In this document: piece after piece, positions 29,227 to 38,620 of the stretch
How positions within the stretch are numbered: the first letter of the stretch is position 1
Layout of the letters: each line of letters starts with the position of its first letter
Source: a virus
Taxonomy: Duplodnaviria; Caudoviricetes
Strand: one strand, 5' to 3'
IMG/VR virus record: IMGVR_UViG_3300031787_000135
Coordinates: 1 to 59,657 of that record
Length of the DNA stretch: 59,657 bases
Notes under the pieces: generated by a model
What the model saw: only the letters and a program-made list of their open reading frames with translations
What the model was told of the DNA's origin: nothing
Database searches by the model: none
Position numbers and translations under genes: made by a program

Positions 29227-30081
29227 ATGACTGACACTGAGTCAGTGAGATTTAGAGCTTCGTCGGTTGGTCAGTTGCTCGTTGGTGGGAATGCGATCAC
29301 CGACAAGCAACTTGAAAAACTCAGCGAGTTAGAAACTCGCAAGAACAACGCGAGCGTCTACGACGATGACGGGAAGCCTCTTGCCAAGCCGCTTACTGCT
29401 TCGATGCAAGCCGAGCTTGACGAATTGATTTCCAAGCGTGACAGCGAGTTCCAGTTTGGAGCCACTGCCACCAACTACATTCGTGACTGCTGGCTCAAAG
29501 ACACATACGACTACGACGAGCCGATGGTCACAAACGAAATCCTCAAGGGTTGGATGTGCGAGGATGAAGCGATCGGGGTACTGAGCAATCAGATTCCTGG
29601 TGCGTTTCGGTACAAGAACCAATCGATGTACACCGACAGTCACTTTACTGGCACGCCAGACATCATTCTCGATGACGAGTGGGTGGAAGATATCAAGTCG
29701 TCTTGGAGCTTGCGGACGTTCTTTGAGGTCACTCGTCCCGACCCGCTATACTATGCGCAGGGTCAAGTGTACATGGCGCTCACTGGACGCAAGCGGTTCA
29801 GGGTCGCGCACGTACTGGTTGACACGCCGCATGAGATTGTTGAGGAAGAATGCAAGCGTTTCTATTACCGCTTCAACTGCGACGAGAGCAACCCGCACTA
29901 CATTGAAGCGGTCGATAAGACGCGCCGGATGCACGCTGCTAGCCAGTTGGTTCCAGAACAACAGCGCGTGAAGTGCTTCGAGTTCTATCGCGACGACAGG
30001 TACATCGACACGCTCAGGTCGCGAGTCGAGACCGCACGAAAAATCTACGCTACGTTGTCTCTCGGAGGATCCCATGAGTAG
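29227..30081 (+). CDS. PD-(D/E)xK exonuclease (YqaJ/lambda-exo-like)
   Basis: FRASS..G..EDEAI..FTGTPDII..DIKSSW..YYAQGQVYM; adjacent to ERF. Confidence 0.8.
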   Translation: MTDTESVRFRASSVGQLLVGGNAITDKQLEKLSELETRKNNASVYDDDGKPLAKPLTASMQAELDELISKRDSEFQFGATATNYIRDCWLKDTYDYDEPMVTNEILKGWMCEDEAIGVLSNQIPGAFRYKNQSMYTDSHFTGTPDIILDDEWVEDIKSSWSLRTFFEVTRPDPLYYAQGQVYMALTGRKRFRVAHVLVDTPHEIVEEECKRFYYRFNCDESNPHYIEAVDKTRRMHAASQLVPEQQRVKCFEFYRDDRYIDTLRSRVETARKIYATLSLGGSHE

Positions 30082-30877
30082 TTTGAATTTATACCAAAGA
30101 CTGATCGGCGTTATGCGGACCATGGGTGCGATCGGCAAAGGTGGTCAAGCTACCTACGGCGACCACTACGCTTACCATAAGATCGATGACATCGACGACA
30201 AGTTGCGTGATGCGCTCATTGAGCATGGCGTCATGGCGATGGTCATCAAAGTTGAAGATGACGAGGTGAAGGCATTGCAGGACCCCCCTGACAAGTACGG
30301 CAAGGTGAAGACTACCTGGTACTGCATATGCAAGATCACGATCGAGTTTGTAAATGTAGACAATCCCGAGGACAGGACCAGAATTGTCGGTTGGGGTCAG
30401 GGGTTGGACAACAGCGACAAGGGAACAGGCAAGGCGTTTAGTTACGCTCTCAAGTCGGCGTACCTGTCAGCGTTCCACTTGCGAGGACAGCCAGACAACG
30501 AGTTGGAGAACATCACCAAGCCTTTCCCTGTCGCGGATCAGCCTCCCGTAGCCAAGCTGGCACCAGCGACGGTGGTTACGGAAGCCATGCAGAAATGGCT
30601 CGTAGCTATGGACCAGTGCGATGACGTCAACTCCTTTGACATGCTGGACAAAAGCATTCAGGCAGAGTCGAAGGAGTTGCGAGACTCGATTGAGGGGTAT
30701 CGCCAGCAAGCCGAGATTCGATGCTTCAGAGCGGAGATCAACAACTCGAAGTCGATTGAAGATTTGAATCTGGTCGCGGTAAAGATTGCCGCTAGACCAG
30801 AGTATGTGCGATTGCCAATGAGGACCGTCTACGGGACCAAAGTGGCTTCTCTGAAGAACGCGACGAAGGGTGCCTAG
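30074..30877 (+). CDS. erf: ERF-family ssDNA annealing protein
   Basis: LNLYQRL..IGKGG..YAYH..DNSDKGTGKAFSYALK. Confidence 0.8.
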   Translation: MSSLNLYQRLIGVMRTMGAIGKGGQATYGDHYAYHKIDDIDDKLRDALIEHGVMAMVIKVEDDEVKALQDPPDKYGKVKTTWYCICKITIEFVNVDNPEDRTRIVGWGQGLDNSDKGTGKAFSYALKSAYLSAFHLRGQPDNELENITKPFPVADQPPVAKLAPATVVTEAMQKWLVAMDQCDDVNSFDMLDKSIQAESKELRDSIEGYRQQAEIRCFRAEINNSKSIEDLNLVAVKIAARPEYVRLPMRTVYGTKVASLKNATKGA

Positions 30878-30937
30878 TTCGCAATCGTAGCGGCTAGGCA
30901 AAGATTAGTTTCAAAAACGTATTGGAGGGTTTGATTG

Positions 30938-31207
30938 ATGTCCGATGACAAACAGGCGGTAGTTCACGAAAACGAGTTCGCAGCACTCAAGGACGCTCGC
31001 ATGCGTGACATGCAGATGTTCAAGATTGCGAGCAACACCAACGGCGATTCGAAGTGGGTGGTTGCCGTCAGCGACCACCAAGCCAAGTTGGCGATGGTGG
31101 AGTTCCTGTGGCCGATGGTGAAGCTACCGAAGCGATACCGCGACGATCGGTACACTCGGCTGCTCGAGCAGCACGTGGCGCAAGTTACGGAGCCGAAGGC
31201 ATCGTGA
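30938..31207 (+). CDS. hypothetical protein
   Basis: GGAGG RBS, operon packing. Confidence 0.6.
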   Translation: MSDDKQAVVHENEFAALKDARMRDMQMFKIASNTNGDSKWVVAVSDHQAKLAMVEFLWPMVKLPKRYRDDRYTRLLEQHVAQVTEPKAS

Positions 31208-31617
31208 TCAATAGCGATAAAAGCAATCAAATACCGGGCGTACCGGAGGGCTGGGAAGTCGAGCATGTAAGCAGGTTCGGCGAAATCGGGGAGTATTGCG
31301 TCGGGCCACTAGGCGAGCCGCACTTGCTTCAAGGGAGGACTATTTGTCGCGTTTGCATCATCCGCAAGATCGAGAAGCCTGCGACGTATCGACCGTTTGC
31401 GAATGCGGAAGAATTTAAGCCGCATCGGGATCGATGGCTGACGCGAAAAGACAAGCGCGACCCAACGCACCTCGACGGGGCCTGCCGGGTTGTAGCGTAC
31501 GACGATCAAGGATCGTGGTTCACAACAGGCGATTACCACACCTGGGAAGCTGCTTTTGATTCCGGTCGATGCTTCGACGACGACGAAACCCCCTTTGGAG
31601 TTTGCATCGATGATTGA
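31204..31617 (+). CDS. hypothetical protein; C-terminal domain paralogous to 37373..37720
   Basis: GTGA overlap; YRPFANAEEFKPHRDRW..TPFG. Confidence 0.6.
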   Translation: MINSDKSNQIPGVPEGWEVEHVSRFGEIGEYCVGPLGEPHLLQGRTICRVCIIRKIEKPATYRPFANAEEFKPHRDRWLTRKDKRDPTHLDGACRVVAYDDQGSWFTTGDYHTWEAAFDSGRCFDDDETPFGVCIDD

Positions 31618-31945
31618 CAATCAAAACAAAGGTCCGATTTACGGGGTCGTGCTTTACGAAGAAATGCCAATCGGCGACAAGGGATGGAAGCAAGCTTTCC
31701 CTGACCGGGATGAGCTTGAGGAGGTCCGAGAGCAAGTTGGCGATCGAACCGTGGCTGCGTTTGAAGTCTTAACTGCGCATCATCGAGCTTTGAACGAGGC
31801 GATTGCGCGTGGCGGCTACGACGTTTCCGTTTGCATGGACTGCGGGTTCCAGGTCGTTTGCATTCCAGACGGGTTGGCAATGTGCCTCAAGTGCGTTGAG
31901 AAGTCCATAGAGGTGGCGGCTGAAGCGGAAAGGGCGGCATCGTGA
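31610..31945 (+). CDS. hypothetical Zn-finger protein
   Basis: GGAG RBS; CMDC..CLKC. Confidence 0.6.
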   Translation: MIDNQNKGPIYGVVLYEEMPIGDKGWKQAFPDRDELEEVREQVGDRTVAAFEVLTAHHRALNEAIARGGYDVSVCMDCGFQVVCIPDGLAMCLKCVEKSIEVAAEAERAAS

Positions 31946-32067
31946 ATCGCAACTGGTCCGACATTGCCGATGCTGCGTTCGTTGCATTTGTCGTTACGTG
32001 CCTGGGGTTGATTGTTTTTTTCATAGGCTCGGCAATCATCGAGCTTGTGAAAATGTTTTGGAAGTAG
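31942..32067 (+). CDS. small single-TM protein, 41 aa
   Basis: GTGA overlap; hydrophobic stretch AAFVAFVVTCLGLIVFFIG; below the ORF-track cutoff. Confidence 0.5.
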   Translation: MNRNWSDIADAAFVAFVVTCLGLIVFFIGSAIIELVKMFWK

Positions 32068-32092
32068 TCGATTTTTTAGAAAGGGTCCAACT

Positions 32093-32890
32093 GTGAAAAA
32101 GAAAACCAGCAAGCCGAAGGTGATCGACGTTTTGAGCGTGGTCGAACGGCGAAGCCTAGGAAACCTAGAGAAGGTGATCGAAAACGGCGTTGAGTCGTTT
32201 CTGGCAACTGGATCGGCGCTGAAGGAAATTCGGGACCAGCGGCTGTACCGCGAGGGGCATAACACGTTTGAATCCTACCTAAAGACGAAGTGGGGTTTTG
32301 ATCGGTCTTATGCGCACAGGTTGATTGACGCTTCGGATGTCAAAAAGGATTTGTTGCCGATCGGCAACAAAATACCTAAAGCAAAAGAGATCAACACGGA
32401 GTGGCAACTCAGGGAATTAACAGACGTTCCAGAGGATTTTTTGGAGGAGGTTATCGAGAAGGCGTCTGAAATCGCTGGCGATGCACCATTGACCGCGAAG
32501 GTGCTCAAAGAGGCAAGGGAGCAAGTCTTAGAGCCAGAGAAGCTGGAAGAGCCGACAGCAGAGGAACCCGCCTGCGAGGACGTCGAGCCTGAACCCGAAC
32601 CTGAACCTGAGCCAGTTGGTCCGCTGCAATGCGTCGGATGGTTCAAGGGGCAGATCGGTCTGGTCAACGAACTGATTCGCAACATGGATACGGTGGTGGA
32701 GGTTCCAGGAAATGAGCTCCTTATGTCCAGGCGGCTTTCGATCCGGCGCGAGATCGAGCATATCAAGGGAAGTTTCCGCGCTGTGATGCCTCACGCAATA
32801 TGTCCGAGGTGTCAAGGGAGATGCTGTGCGCAATGCGGCAACCACGGTTGGGTCAACAAGCAACGTTTCGATGAGCTAGGAGGAGCGTAA
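32093..32890 (+). CDS. phage DNA-binding protein with a C-terminal Zn finger
   Basis: GSALKEIRDQRLYR..TFESY..WGFDRSYAHRLI; EP repeats; CPRC..CAQC. Confidence 0.65.
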   Translation: MKKKTSKPKVIDVLSVVERRSLGNLEKVIENGVESFLATGSALKEIRDQRLYREGHNTFESYLKTKWGFDRSYAHRLIDASDVKKDLLPIGNKIPKAKEINTEWQLRELTDVPEDFLEEVIEKASEIAGDAPLTAKVLKEAREQVLEPEKLEEPTAEEPACEDVEPEPEPEPEPVGPLQCVGWFKGQIGLVNELIRNMDTVVEVPGNELLMSRRLSIRREIEHIKGSFRAVMPHAICPRCQGRCCAQCGNHGWVNKQRFDELGGA

Positions 32891-32891
32891 C

Positions 32892-33221
32892 ATGACTGAA
32901 GCTTTAGAATTCGATGAACACAAGATGGATCGAGTGATTCAGTTTTTAACTGAAAGGCATTTACAGTCAGAAGGGGGTTATCCCTATGACTACCTGGAAG
33001 AAGGAGACGTGTTTTACGTTGCCGAATTGGATGACGGCAAGGAAGGACAAGCAACTCTAATAAGGACGTACAGTCACGAGTATTTGATTGGCTGGTACAA
33101 CCGCGCGCATTGTTACTTATCGGAAAACAACCTGTCCCACAAATGGCCATCAAACGACGGCGGCGACTTTGGCGATTGGTTTGAGGCGTTTAACGAAACA
33201 CGAGCTGGGGAATCCGAATGA
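32892..33221 (+). CDS. hypothetical protein
   Basis: AGGAGG RBS. Confidence 0.6.
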   Translation: MTEALEFDEHKMDRVIQFLTERHLQSEGGYPYDYLEEGDVFYVAELDDGKEGQATLIRTYSHEYLIGWYNRAHCYLSENNLSHKWPSNDGGDFGDWFEAFNETRAGESE

Positions 33222-33222
33222 C

Positions 33223-34852
33223 ATGGCAGGCGACATTAGATTTCGAGGATACCAACTTGATGCAATCCAAAGCGTCTACTCCGATTGTGGGTTGCACCCA
33301 AATGGACCAGCAGACGATGAAATCGTTGCTCATTGTTGCAGCGACGGGACTAGGGAAAACGGTGATCATGGGCGGCTTGGCTCGGAGCTGGCCGAAGGGA
33401 CGGGTGATGATGATCTCGCACCGATACGAACTGAACACCCAGGCGATTAAGTCGTTTGAGTGGATCTGCGGCGAGGACGTTGACTTAGAGCAGGCTCACT
33501 TCAAAGCCGATCAGCGATTCGACAAGACTCGGATCGTGGTGGCCTCTGTCCAGACCCTCAACAGTACCCGACGCGGCAAAATGCGGATGGAGCGATTCGA
33601 CCCCGAGGAGTTCGGGTTGTTGCTCATCGATGAAGCGCATCGATCGGCAGCGGCAAGCTACCGCAGGGTGATTGAGTACATGCGGCAAAACAAAAACCTA
33701 GTGGTTGTTGGCGTCACTGCAACGCCTGACCGACTCGACGGGGTTGGGCTTGGGTGTGTGTACGAAAAGGTGTCCTGCAACATGGATATGCTATGGGGCG
33801 TCAAGAACGGCTGGCTTGTCTCGCCAAGGCAGGTCACTATCACTCTCGAGCGGCTTGACTTGAGCCAGATTAGGACGGTAGGTGGAGATCTCGACGAGAA
33901 GCAGTTGGCGAAAGTCGTGATGGAGGAGGAGAACCTGCATGGGATGGCAAAACCCATTGTGGACTTCGCTGGAACAGACAAGCAGTCGATCGTTTTTGCT
34001 GCGTCCGTTGCTCACGCCAAGCGACTATCGGAACTAATTCGAGACTACTACATCCGTGCTCATGGACCAACTGACGCACCAATCGCAGTGTCAATTGATG
34101 GATCCATGAATCCTCAGCACCCAGACCGCATAAGGATCGTCAAGGAATTCAAGGAAGGCAAGATCCAGTTTTTGTGCAACTGCGGGGTAGCCACCGAAGG
34201 ATTTGACGCACCAAACGTGCGGCTGGTAGCAATCGGACGTCCAACGAAGTCGCGAGCAATGTACACCCAGATGATTGGGAGGGGGACCAGACCGCTGGTT
34301 GGCGTTGTTGACCAGCTCGGCATGAATGTGGCTGACAGGCTTGCGGCAATCGCAGCAAGCGACAAGAAGCAGGTCGATGTCCTGGACTTCATTGGTCAAT
34401 CAAGCCGACACAAGCTGGTATGCACCGCTAGCATCCTGGCTGGCGATGAACCCGACGACATCGTACAGGCTGCCAACAGGATCAGTAGCGCAAAGGACTT
34501 CGACGGGTCAACACTTGACGCGATCGAAGAGGCGAAGGAAGCCAAAAGGCTGGAGCAGGAAGCAAGGCGCAAGAAGGTGACGGTTGGGGTCGAGTACCGA
34601 GCCAGGGAGCAATCCAGCGAGGTATGGAGTCTGGACGAGATGCCAAAGACTGTGACGCCAGGGTTCCTGAAGCATAAGCGTCCTTCGGATAAGCAGACCA
34701 GGATGCTCACGCGGCTTGGTTTCACGACAGCGCAGATCGAGAAGATGACAGTCAAAGAGATTGCGAAAAACATTGATTATGCGATTCGGAACCCAAGAAC
34801 ACCTTTTGCGAAATGGTTGCTAGAACAGAAGCGAAAGAACGGTGAGTTATGA
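33223..34852 (+). CDS. SF2 DNA helicase (DEAH, ResIII-like) with an apparent +1 frameshift near 33310-33335
   Basis: Q-motif FRGYQLDAI in the 33223 frame; AATGLGKT, DEAH, TAT, TEGFDAP and QMIGRGTR in the 33218 frame. Confidence 0.8.
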
Positions 34853-35226
34853 CAGAAAGCTTTCAAGGCAAGATATTCGTTACGCTCGACAACCTGGGTT
34901 ATCAAAGTAGTCTTTATGTGTGCATAGAGTATCTTACCCAGATGGTCAGGCATCTGCCTGGCAGATCGGTTAATCTTGATTCTTTTGCGTCAGCAGAACT
35001 AATTGGAGTCTATGCTGTATCTTGGACTGTAGGTGATGAAATTCGAAGACCTTCGTTTGCAAAGGACTGCTACGGTCCTGGTGATTACAGGTCTATATGG
35101 GATCATATTGAGGTGATCGCTAGAAAGATCGTCACTGAGCGATGGGCGTTAGAGTTCAAAGACTTGTGCCTCGAGAACGCTAGTATCGAAAACGAACTAC
35201 CAGCGATCGAGGGGCCAGCGGAATAG
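34849..35226 (+). CDS. hypothetical protein
   Basis: ATGA overlap; more AT-rich than its neighbours. Confidence 0.6.
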   Translation: MTESFQGKIFVTLDNLGYQSSLYVCIEYLTQMVRHLPGRSVNLDSFASAELIGVYAVSWTVGDEIRRPSFAKDCYGPGDYRSIWDHIEVIARKIVTERWALEFKDLCLENASIENELPAIEGPAE

Positions 35227-35259
35227 GTTTTGTTTTTTACTCAAAGAAAGGTTTTGATT

Positions 35260-35622
35260 ATGGACACGGTGGAAAAGTTTATCGTTGGGTGCGTTGTGGC
35301 GGTTGTCTTGGCGATCCCTGTCGGGATGTTCGGCTTGCCTTACTACAAAGTTTGGTCGGCTGGAATGACTGGCAAGGCATCATTGATGCAAGCCGAGCAA
35401 GAGCGCAAAATCCAGATTGAGCAAGCGAAAGCAGAGCTTGAATCCGCGAAGCTTCGAGCCGATGCAATTTCGATCGTTGGCAAGGCATCGAAAGAATACC
35501 CTGAGTATCGCACTCAGGAATTCATTGGTGCGTTTGCCGAGGCGGTCAAGTCGGACAAGATCGAGCAGATTATCTACGTCCCTACCGAGGCGAATATTCC
35601 AATCGTCGAGGCTAGGAGGTAG
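35260..35622 (+). CDS. membrane-anchored coiled-coil protein (SPFH/band-7 C-terminal-like)
   Basis: N-terminal TM, coiled coil, IIYVPTEANIPI ending. Confidence 0.65.
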   Translation: MDTVEKFIVGCVVAVVLAIPVGMFGLPYYKVWSAGMTGKASLMQAEQERKIQIEQAKAELESAKLRADAISIVGKASKEYPEYRTQEFIGAFAEAVKSDKIEQIIYVPTEANIPIVEARR

Positions 35623-35641
35623 TCCAACGGAATAGCGAACC

Positions 35642-35714
35642 AGGATCGTCCAGGGGATCAGCCAATGTTCGCTTCATGCGGCGTGCTGAGCAACTGTCCA
35701 AGGTTGCCGATCCT
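35642..35714 (+). ncRNA. tRNA-sized structured element closed by AGGATCG/CGATCCT
   Basis: Closing stem, TCAGC/GCTGA hairpin, GCAAC/GTTGC hairpin, then TTTT. Confidence 0.4.
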
Positions 35715-35753
35715 TTTGCCAACCCACTTCGGGGCGGCGTATGGAGGTGAATA

Positions 35754-36128
35754 ATGACAAGATACCTAAGAAAAGCGGTGTGGGTTGAGGCTCGGCAGTT
35801 CACAACGAACAACGAGCCGGACAACAAAGAAATGGATTCGCTTATTTTGTGGCTAGGGTCGAATGGCACGAAGGCGACGCACGAAGGCACAAGCATTTGC
35901 GTCAAGATGGCAAGCGGTCAGTTGGCCACTGTCAATGTTGGCGAGTGGATGGTTTACGATCACAAAGGCAGGCTATCAGCTCCCGTCGGCAATTTTGCTT
36001 TCGCCGAGGACTTCGAGGAGTGTACGCACGATTGGGAGGCCATCGACGATACCGATAAAGATCGGTGTTTGTTTTGCGAGGAAGTGCGGACGTACGCTCC
36101 GCAGTATTTTGGCGATGAAGTTTTATAG
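35754..36128 (+). CDS. conserved phage hypothetical protein
   Basis: GGAGGTG RBS; YLRKAVWVEARQF..GEWMV. Confidence 0.7.
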   Translation: MTRYLRKAVWVEARQFTTNNEPDNKEMDSLILWLGSNGTKATHEGTSICVKMASGQLATVNVGEWMVYDHKGRLSAPVGNFAFAEDFEECTHDWEAIDDTDKDRCLFCEEVRTYAPQYFGDEVL

Positions 36129-36162
36129 CCAGCTCACTTCGGGGCGGCGTATGGAGGTGAAT

Positions 36163-36441
36163 ATGATCGCAACGATTCAGGTTGGAAACAGTGACAATAA
36201 GTTGACGCAGCAGGAATGGTCGGAATACGTCGCGGCTGTGCATTCGGCTACAACAGCAGACGGTATTGAGACGCATTTTTTTGGGTCGAGCGAAGGCAGT
36301 AAGCCGTGGCAAAATGCTTGCTGGGTGGTTTCAATCCAGGAAACCAAAGTTGCTGCAATGTTTCAAACCGTTGCAAAAATCAGAAAGCAGTACAAGCAGG
36401 ATTCGGTTGCCATCGTCTTAGGCGATGTGCGAATGATTTGA
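36163..36441 (+). CDS. hypothetical protein
   Basis: GGAGGTG RBS; GNSDNKLTQQEW..PWQNACW..QDSVA. Confidence 0.7.
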   Translation: MIATIQVGNSDNKLTQQEWSEYVAAVHSATTADGIETHFFGSSEGSKPWQNACWVVSIQETKVAAMFQTVAKIRKQYKQDSVAIVLGDVRMI

Positions 36442-36585
36442 TTATTTTCGTTTTATAGCCAACCCGCTTCGGGATGGCGTATTCATTAGGTGTCGAAGGA
36501 ACAATGGAAAAGCAGCAATGTCAGTAGCGTTGTTTTTTTGTGGTGCTGTGTTCCTAATAGTTCTGTTGTTTACATAGAGGAAGTC

Positions 36586-36804
36586 ATGACCCAGCCAATT
36601 GATCAACAACCTGTTGCCGATTCTGACCTGGAGGATCTGAGCTATAACGACGGTCCCGAGCCACCTTGCATGAACTGCGGGGGTGATGGTTTTGTCGACT
36701 CAGTGGCTGCGGGGTCTGGTCGATGGGGCTTTGATGATGACGGTCCTGGAACGTGCTGGAACTGCAATGGAAGTGGTCTTCGAAAAGACCAACAGAGTTT
36801 CTAG
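36586..36804 (+). CDS. DnaJ-type Zn-finger small protein
   Basis: CMNCGGDG and CWNCNGSG (CxxCxGxG twice); GAGG RBS. Confidence 0.65.
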   Translation: MTQPIDQQPVADSDLEDLSYNDGPEPPCMNCGGDGFVDSVAAGSGRWGFDDDGPGTCWNCNGSGLRKDQQSF

Positions 36805-36833
36805 GGAAGCGATCAAACAAGTAGAGGCAATCC

Positions 36834-37376
36834 ATGAAACTTCGATCTTTAATCGTTTTGTTCCTTCGCAGTCGAGGCGGCTTGATCGTTCTATCGGCGG
36901 TGGTCGCTGTGGTCGCCAGGATCCTGCTGTGGCCGGTCGGAACGCGGGATCTGATCATCGCCGGATTGATCGTTGCACTGTGGCCGACGTTCGAGTACAT
37001 CGCTCACAGGTGGGTGTTTCACGAATGGAGTTGGACGCCTTTTCGCAAGACGCACGATCGGCACCACGACGAACCAACTACAGAAACGGGGCTGCCGGAC
37101 CTGTGGGTGATCGCTGATTACTACCTGCTTTCGGTGGCGTTCGCGTTCACGACTCCTAGGATTTACACAGCACACGCTACGGTCCTGGTGATGCTTTCGG
37201 TTTACGAATTCATTCACTTTTCTTGTCATTGCAACTACACCCCTAAAACATGGTGGGGATGGTCGGTTCGAACGAATCACTTGCAGCACCACAAGTTGCA
37301 AAGCGCAGACAGATATGCGATGTCGTTTCCAATTTTTAGGGTTATAGGAAAAGTAAAGAAGGAGATTTCGGAATGA
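36834..37376 (+). CDS. fatty acid hydroxylase / sterol desaturase family membrane di-iron enzyme
   Basis: His boxes HRWVFH, HDRHH, HFSCH, HLQHH plus TM segments. Confidence 0.85.
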   Translation: MKLRSLIVLFLRSRGGLIVLSAVVAVVARILLWPVGTRDLIIAGLIVALWPTFEYIAHRWVFHEWSWTPFRKTHDRHHDEPTTETGLPDLWVIADYYLLSVAFAFTTPRIYTAHATVLVMLSVYEFIHFSCHCNYTPKTWWGWSVRTNHLQHHKLQSADRYAMSFPIFRVIGKVKKEISE

Positions 37377-37720
37377 TTATTTTGCCAAGCAACGGATTCG
37401 GGGTTGTGGTCATGCTTTGCCTGATGGCACTTGCGGCGATCGTCCCGTTTGTGGTGGTCTTGTGGTTAAAAATTGGGAAGCCTAAGCAGTATCGCGCATT
37501 TGCAAATAAGGCTGAGTATGCACCGCATCGGGATCGGTGGATTAAGTCGACAACTGCCGAAAGCGACGGTGTTTACCTCACGTATCAAGTAGCAAGTTAC
37601 GATGATTGGGGCGTGATTTTTGGAGGATCTAAGGAGGCTTATCAAGCCGTATTTAACCGCTACGTTTTCGACAATCTCGACGGAACAACCGAGCCCTTTG
37701 GCGCGGAGGTGACATCGTGA
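37373..37720 (+). CDS. membrane-anchored paralogue of 31204..31617
   Basis: TM, then YRAFANKAEYAPHRDRW..EPFG. Confidence 0.65.
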   Translation: MIILPSNGFGVVVMLCLMALAAIVPFVVVLWLKIGKPKQYRAFANKAEYAPHRDRWIKSTTAESDGVYLTYQVASYDDWGVIFGGSKEAYQAVFNRYVFDNLDGTTEPFGAEVTS

Positions 37721-37965
37721 TCAACTTCGCAGCAACTACAAGCCACGACGGCTACCCGTGCTACTACTTCGGTACAAGGCTATCGACTTGCGGTACAACG
37801 CTCCATTGCGTAGGGGTGTTCACTCAATGGGGGCTGTTTGAGCGGACCTACGATTCCGAAGGTAGGCGGCTGTCTTGGGATCACGGCAAGGCGAAATATT
37901 TTGTCGACGAACAGAGGCAGGAATCGGTCGGACCATCAGCAACTAACGAAGGAGAGCAACAATGA
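37717..37965 (+). CDS. hypothetical protein
   Basis: GGAGG RBS, GTGA overlap. Confidence 0.55.
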   Translation: MINFAATTSHDGYPCYYFGTRLSTCGTTLHCVGVFTQWGLFERTYDSEGRRLSWDHGKAKYFVDEQRQESVGPSATNEGEQQ

Positions 37966-38264
37966 GCGAGTGGAAAGAACGTGTTCGACAATGGGCGGCG
38001 GATCGTAATTTGATCGAGGGGTCAACGCCGAGAAAGCAGATGGATAAACTCAATGAGGAATGCAGTGAGCTTTACGAGGGGATACTCGACAACGACATCG
38101 ACGACATCAAGGACGCGATCGGCGATATCCAAGTGGTCTTGGCGGTCATGTGCTGTCAACTGGTCATCGATATCGACGAATGCAGGGAGATCGCATGGGA
38201 AGAGATCAAGGACCGCAAGGGTAAGATGATTGACGGAGTGTTCGTAAAGGAGGCGCAATCGTGA
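37962..38264 (+). CDS. MazG-like nucleotide pyrophosphohydrolase
   Basis: WAADRNL..KLNEECSEL..DAIGD..EEIKDRKG..GVFVKE. Confidence 0.85.
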   Translation: MSEWKERVRQWAADRNLIEGSTPRKQMDKLNEECSELYEGILDNDIDDIKDAIGDIQVVLAVMCCQLVIDIDECREIAWEEIKDRKGKMIDGVFVKEAQS

Positions 38265-38620
38265 GTAACCCAAAATGGCAGATCGGGCCGGTTAAACTGA
38301 CCAATGGATGCGATGCGATTATCCATCGGTTTTGCGAAAACCGAAAGATTTACATCGGCGAACTGCAAGACGGTAGCGGCAGGTGGTTTGCTAGAGAGTG
38401 GGACGCTAATGGATGGTATTGTTTTGGAGACAAGGCAGCAGAAGACCCCTACAACCTAGCCCCTCCGCCAAAGAAAACGGTGCGGCTCGAAGGCTGGCTT
38501 AACATCTACGACGACAACTCGGCGAACTTTTTCGACCGTCGAGAAGACGCCGACAAAGAGGATAATCGTAGTGCTTGCATCCCGTTTGGTATTACAGTCA
38601 CGGAAGGGGAGGGGCTATGA
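38261..38620 (+). CDS. hypothetical protein
   Basis: AGGAGG RBS, overlap. Confidence 0.6.
   Translation: MSNPKWQIGPVKLTNGCDAIIHRFCENRKIYIGELQDGSGRWFAREWDANGWYCFGDKAAEDPYNLAPPPKKTVRLEGWLNIYDDNSANFFDRREDADKEDNRSACIPFGITVTEGEGL

Larger units (their letters stand above)
35718..36483 (+). repeat. three dispersed ~25-36 bp direct repeats (35718-35753, 36128-36163, 36458-36482) flanking two genes
   Basis: GCCA(A/G)C(C/T)C(A/G)CTTCGGG(GC/AT)GGCGTAT; the first two continue into the GGAGGTGAATA RBS. Confidence 0.85.

Noticed and set aside
29227-30081. Cas4 call
   Set aside because: No four-Cys Fe-S pattern; adjacency to ERF indicates a recombination exonuclease
35660-35690. Selenocysteine/opal suppressor tRNA from the TTCAT loop
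   Set aside because: Loop is 5 nt, and there is no D arm or long variable arm
35718-36483. Repeats as a CRISPR array or integron attC sites
   Set aside because: Intervals are 300-400 bp genes, not 30-40 bp spacers; no RYYYAAC/GTTRRRY ends; no cas or integrase gene in the window
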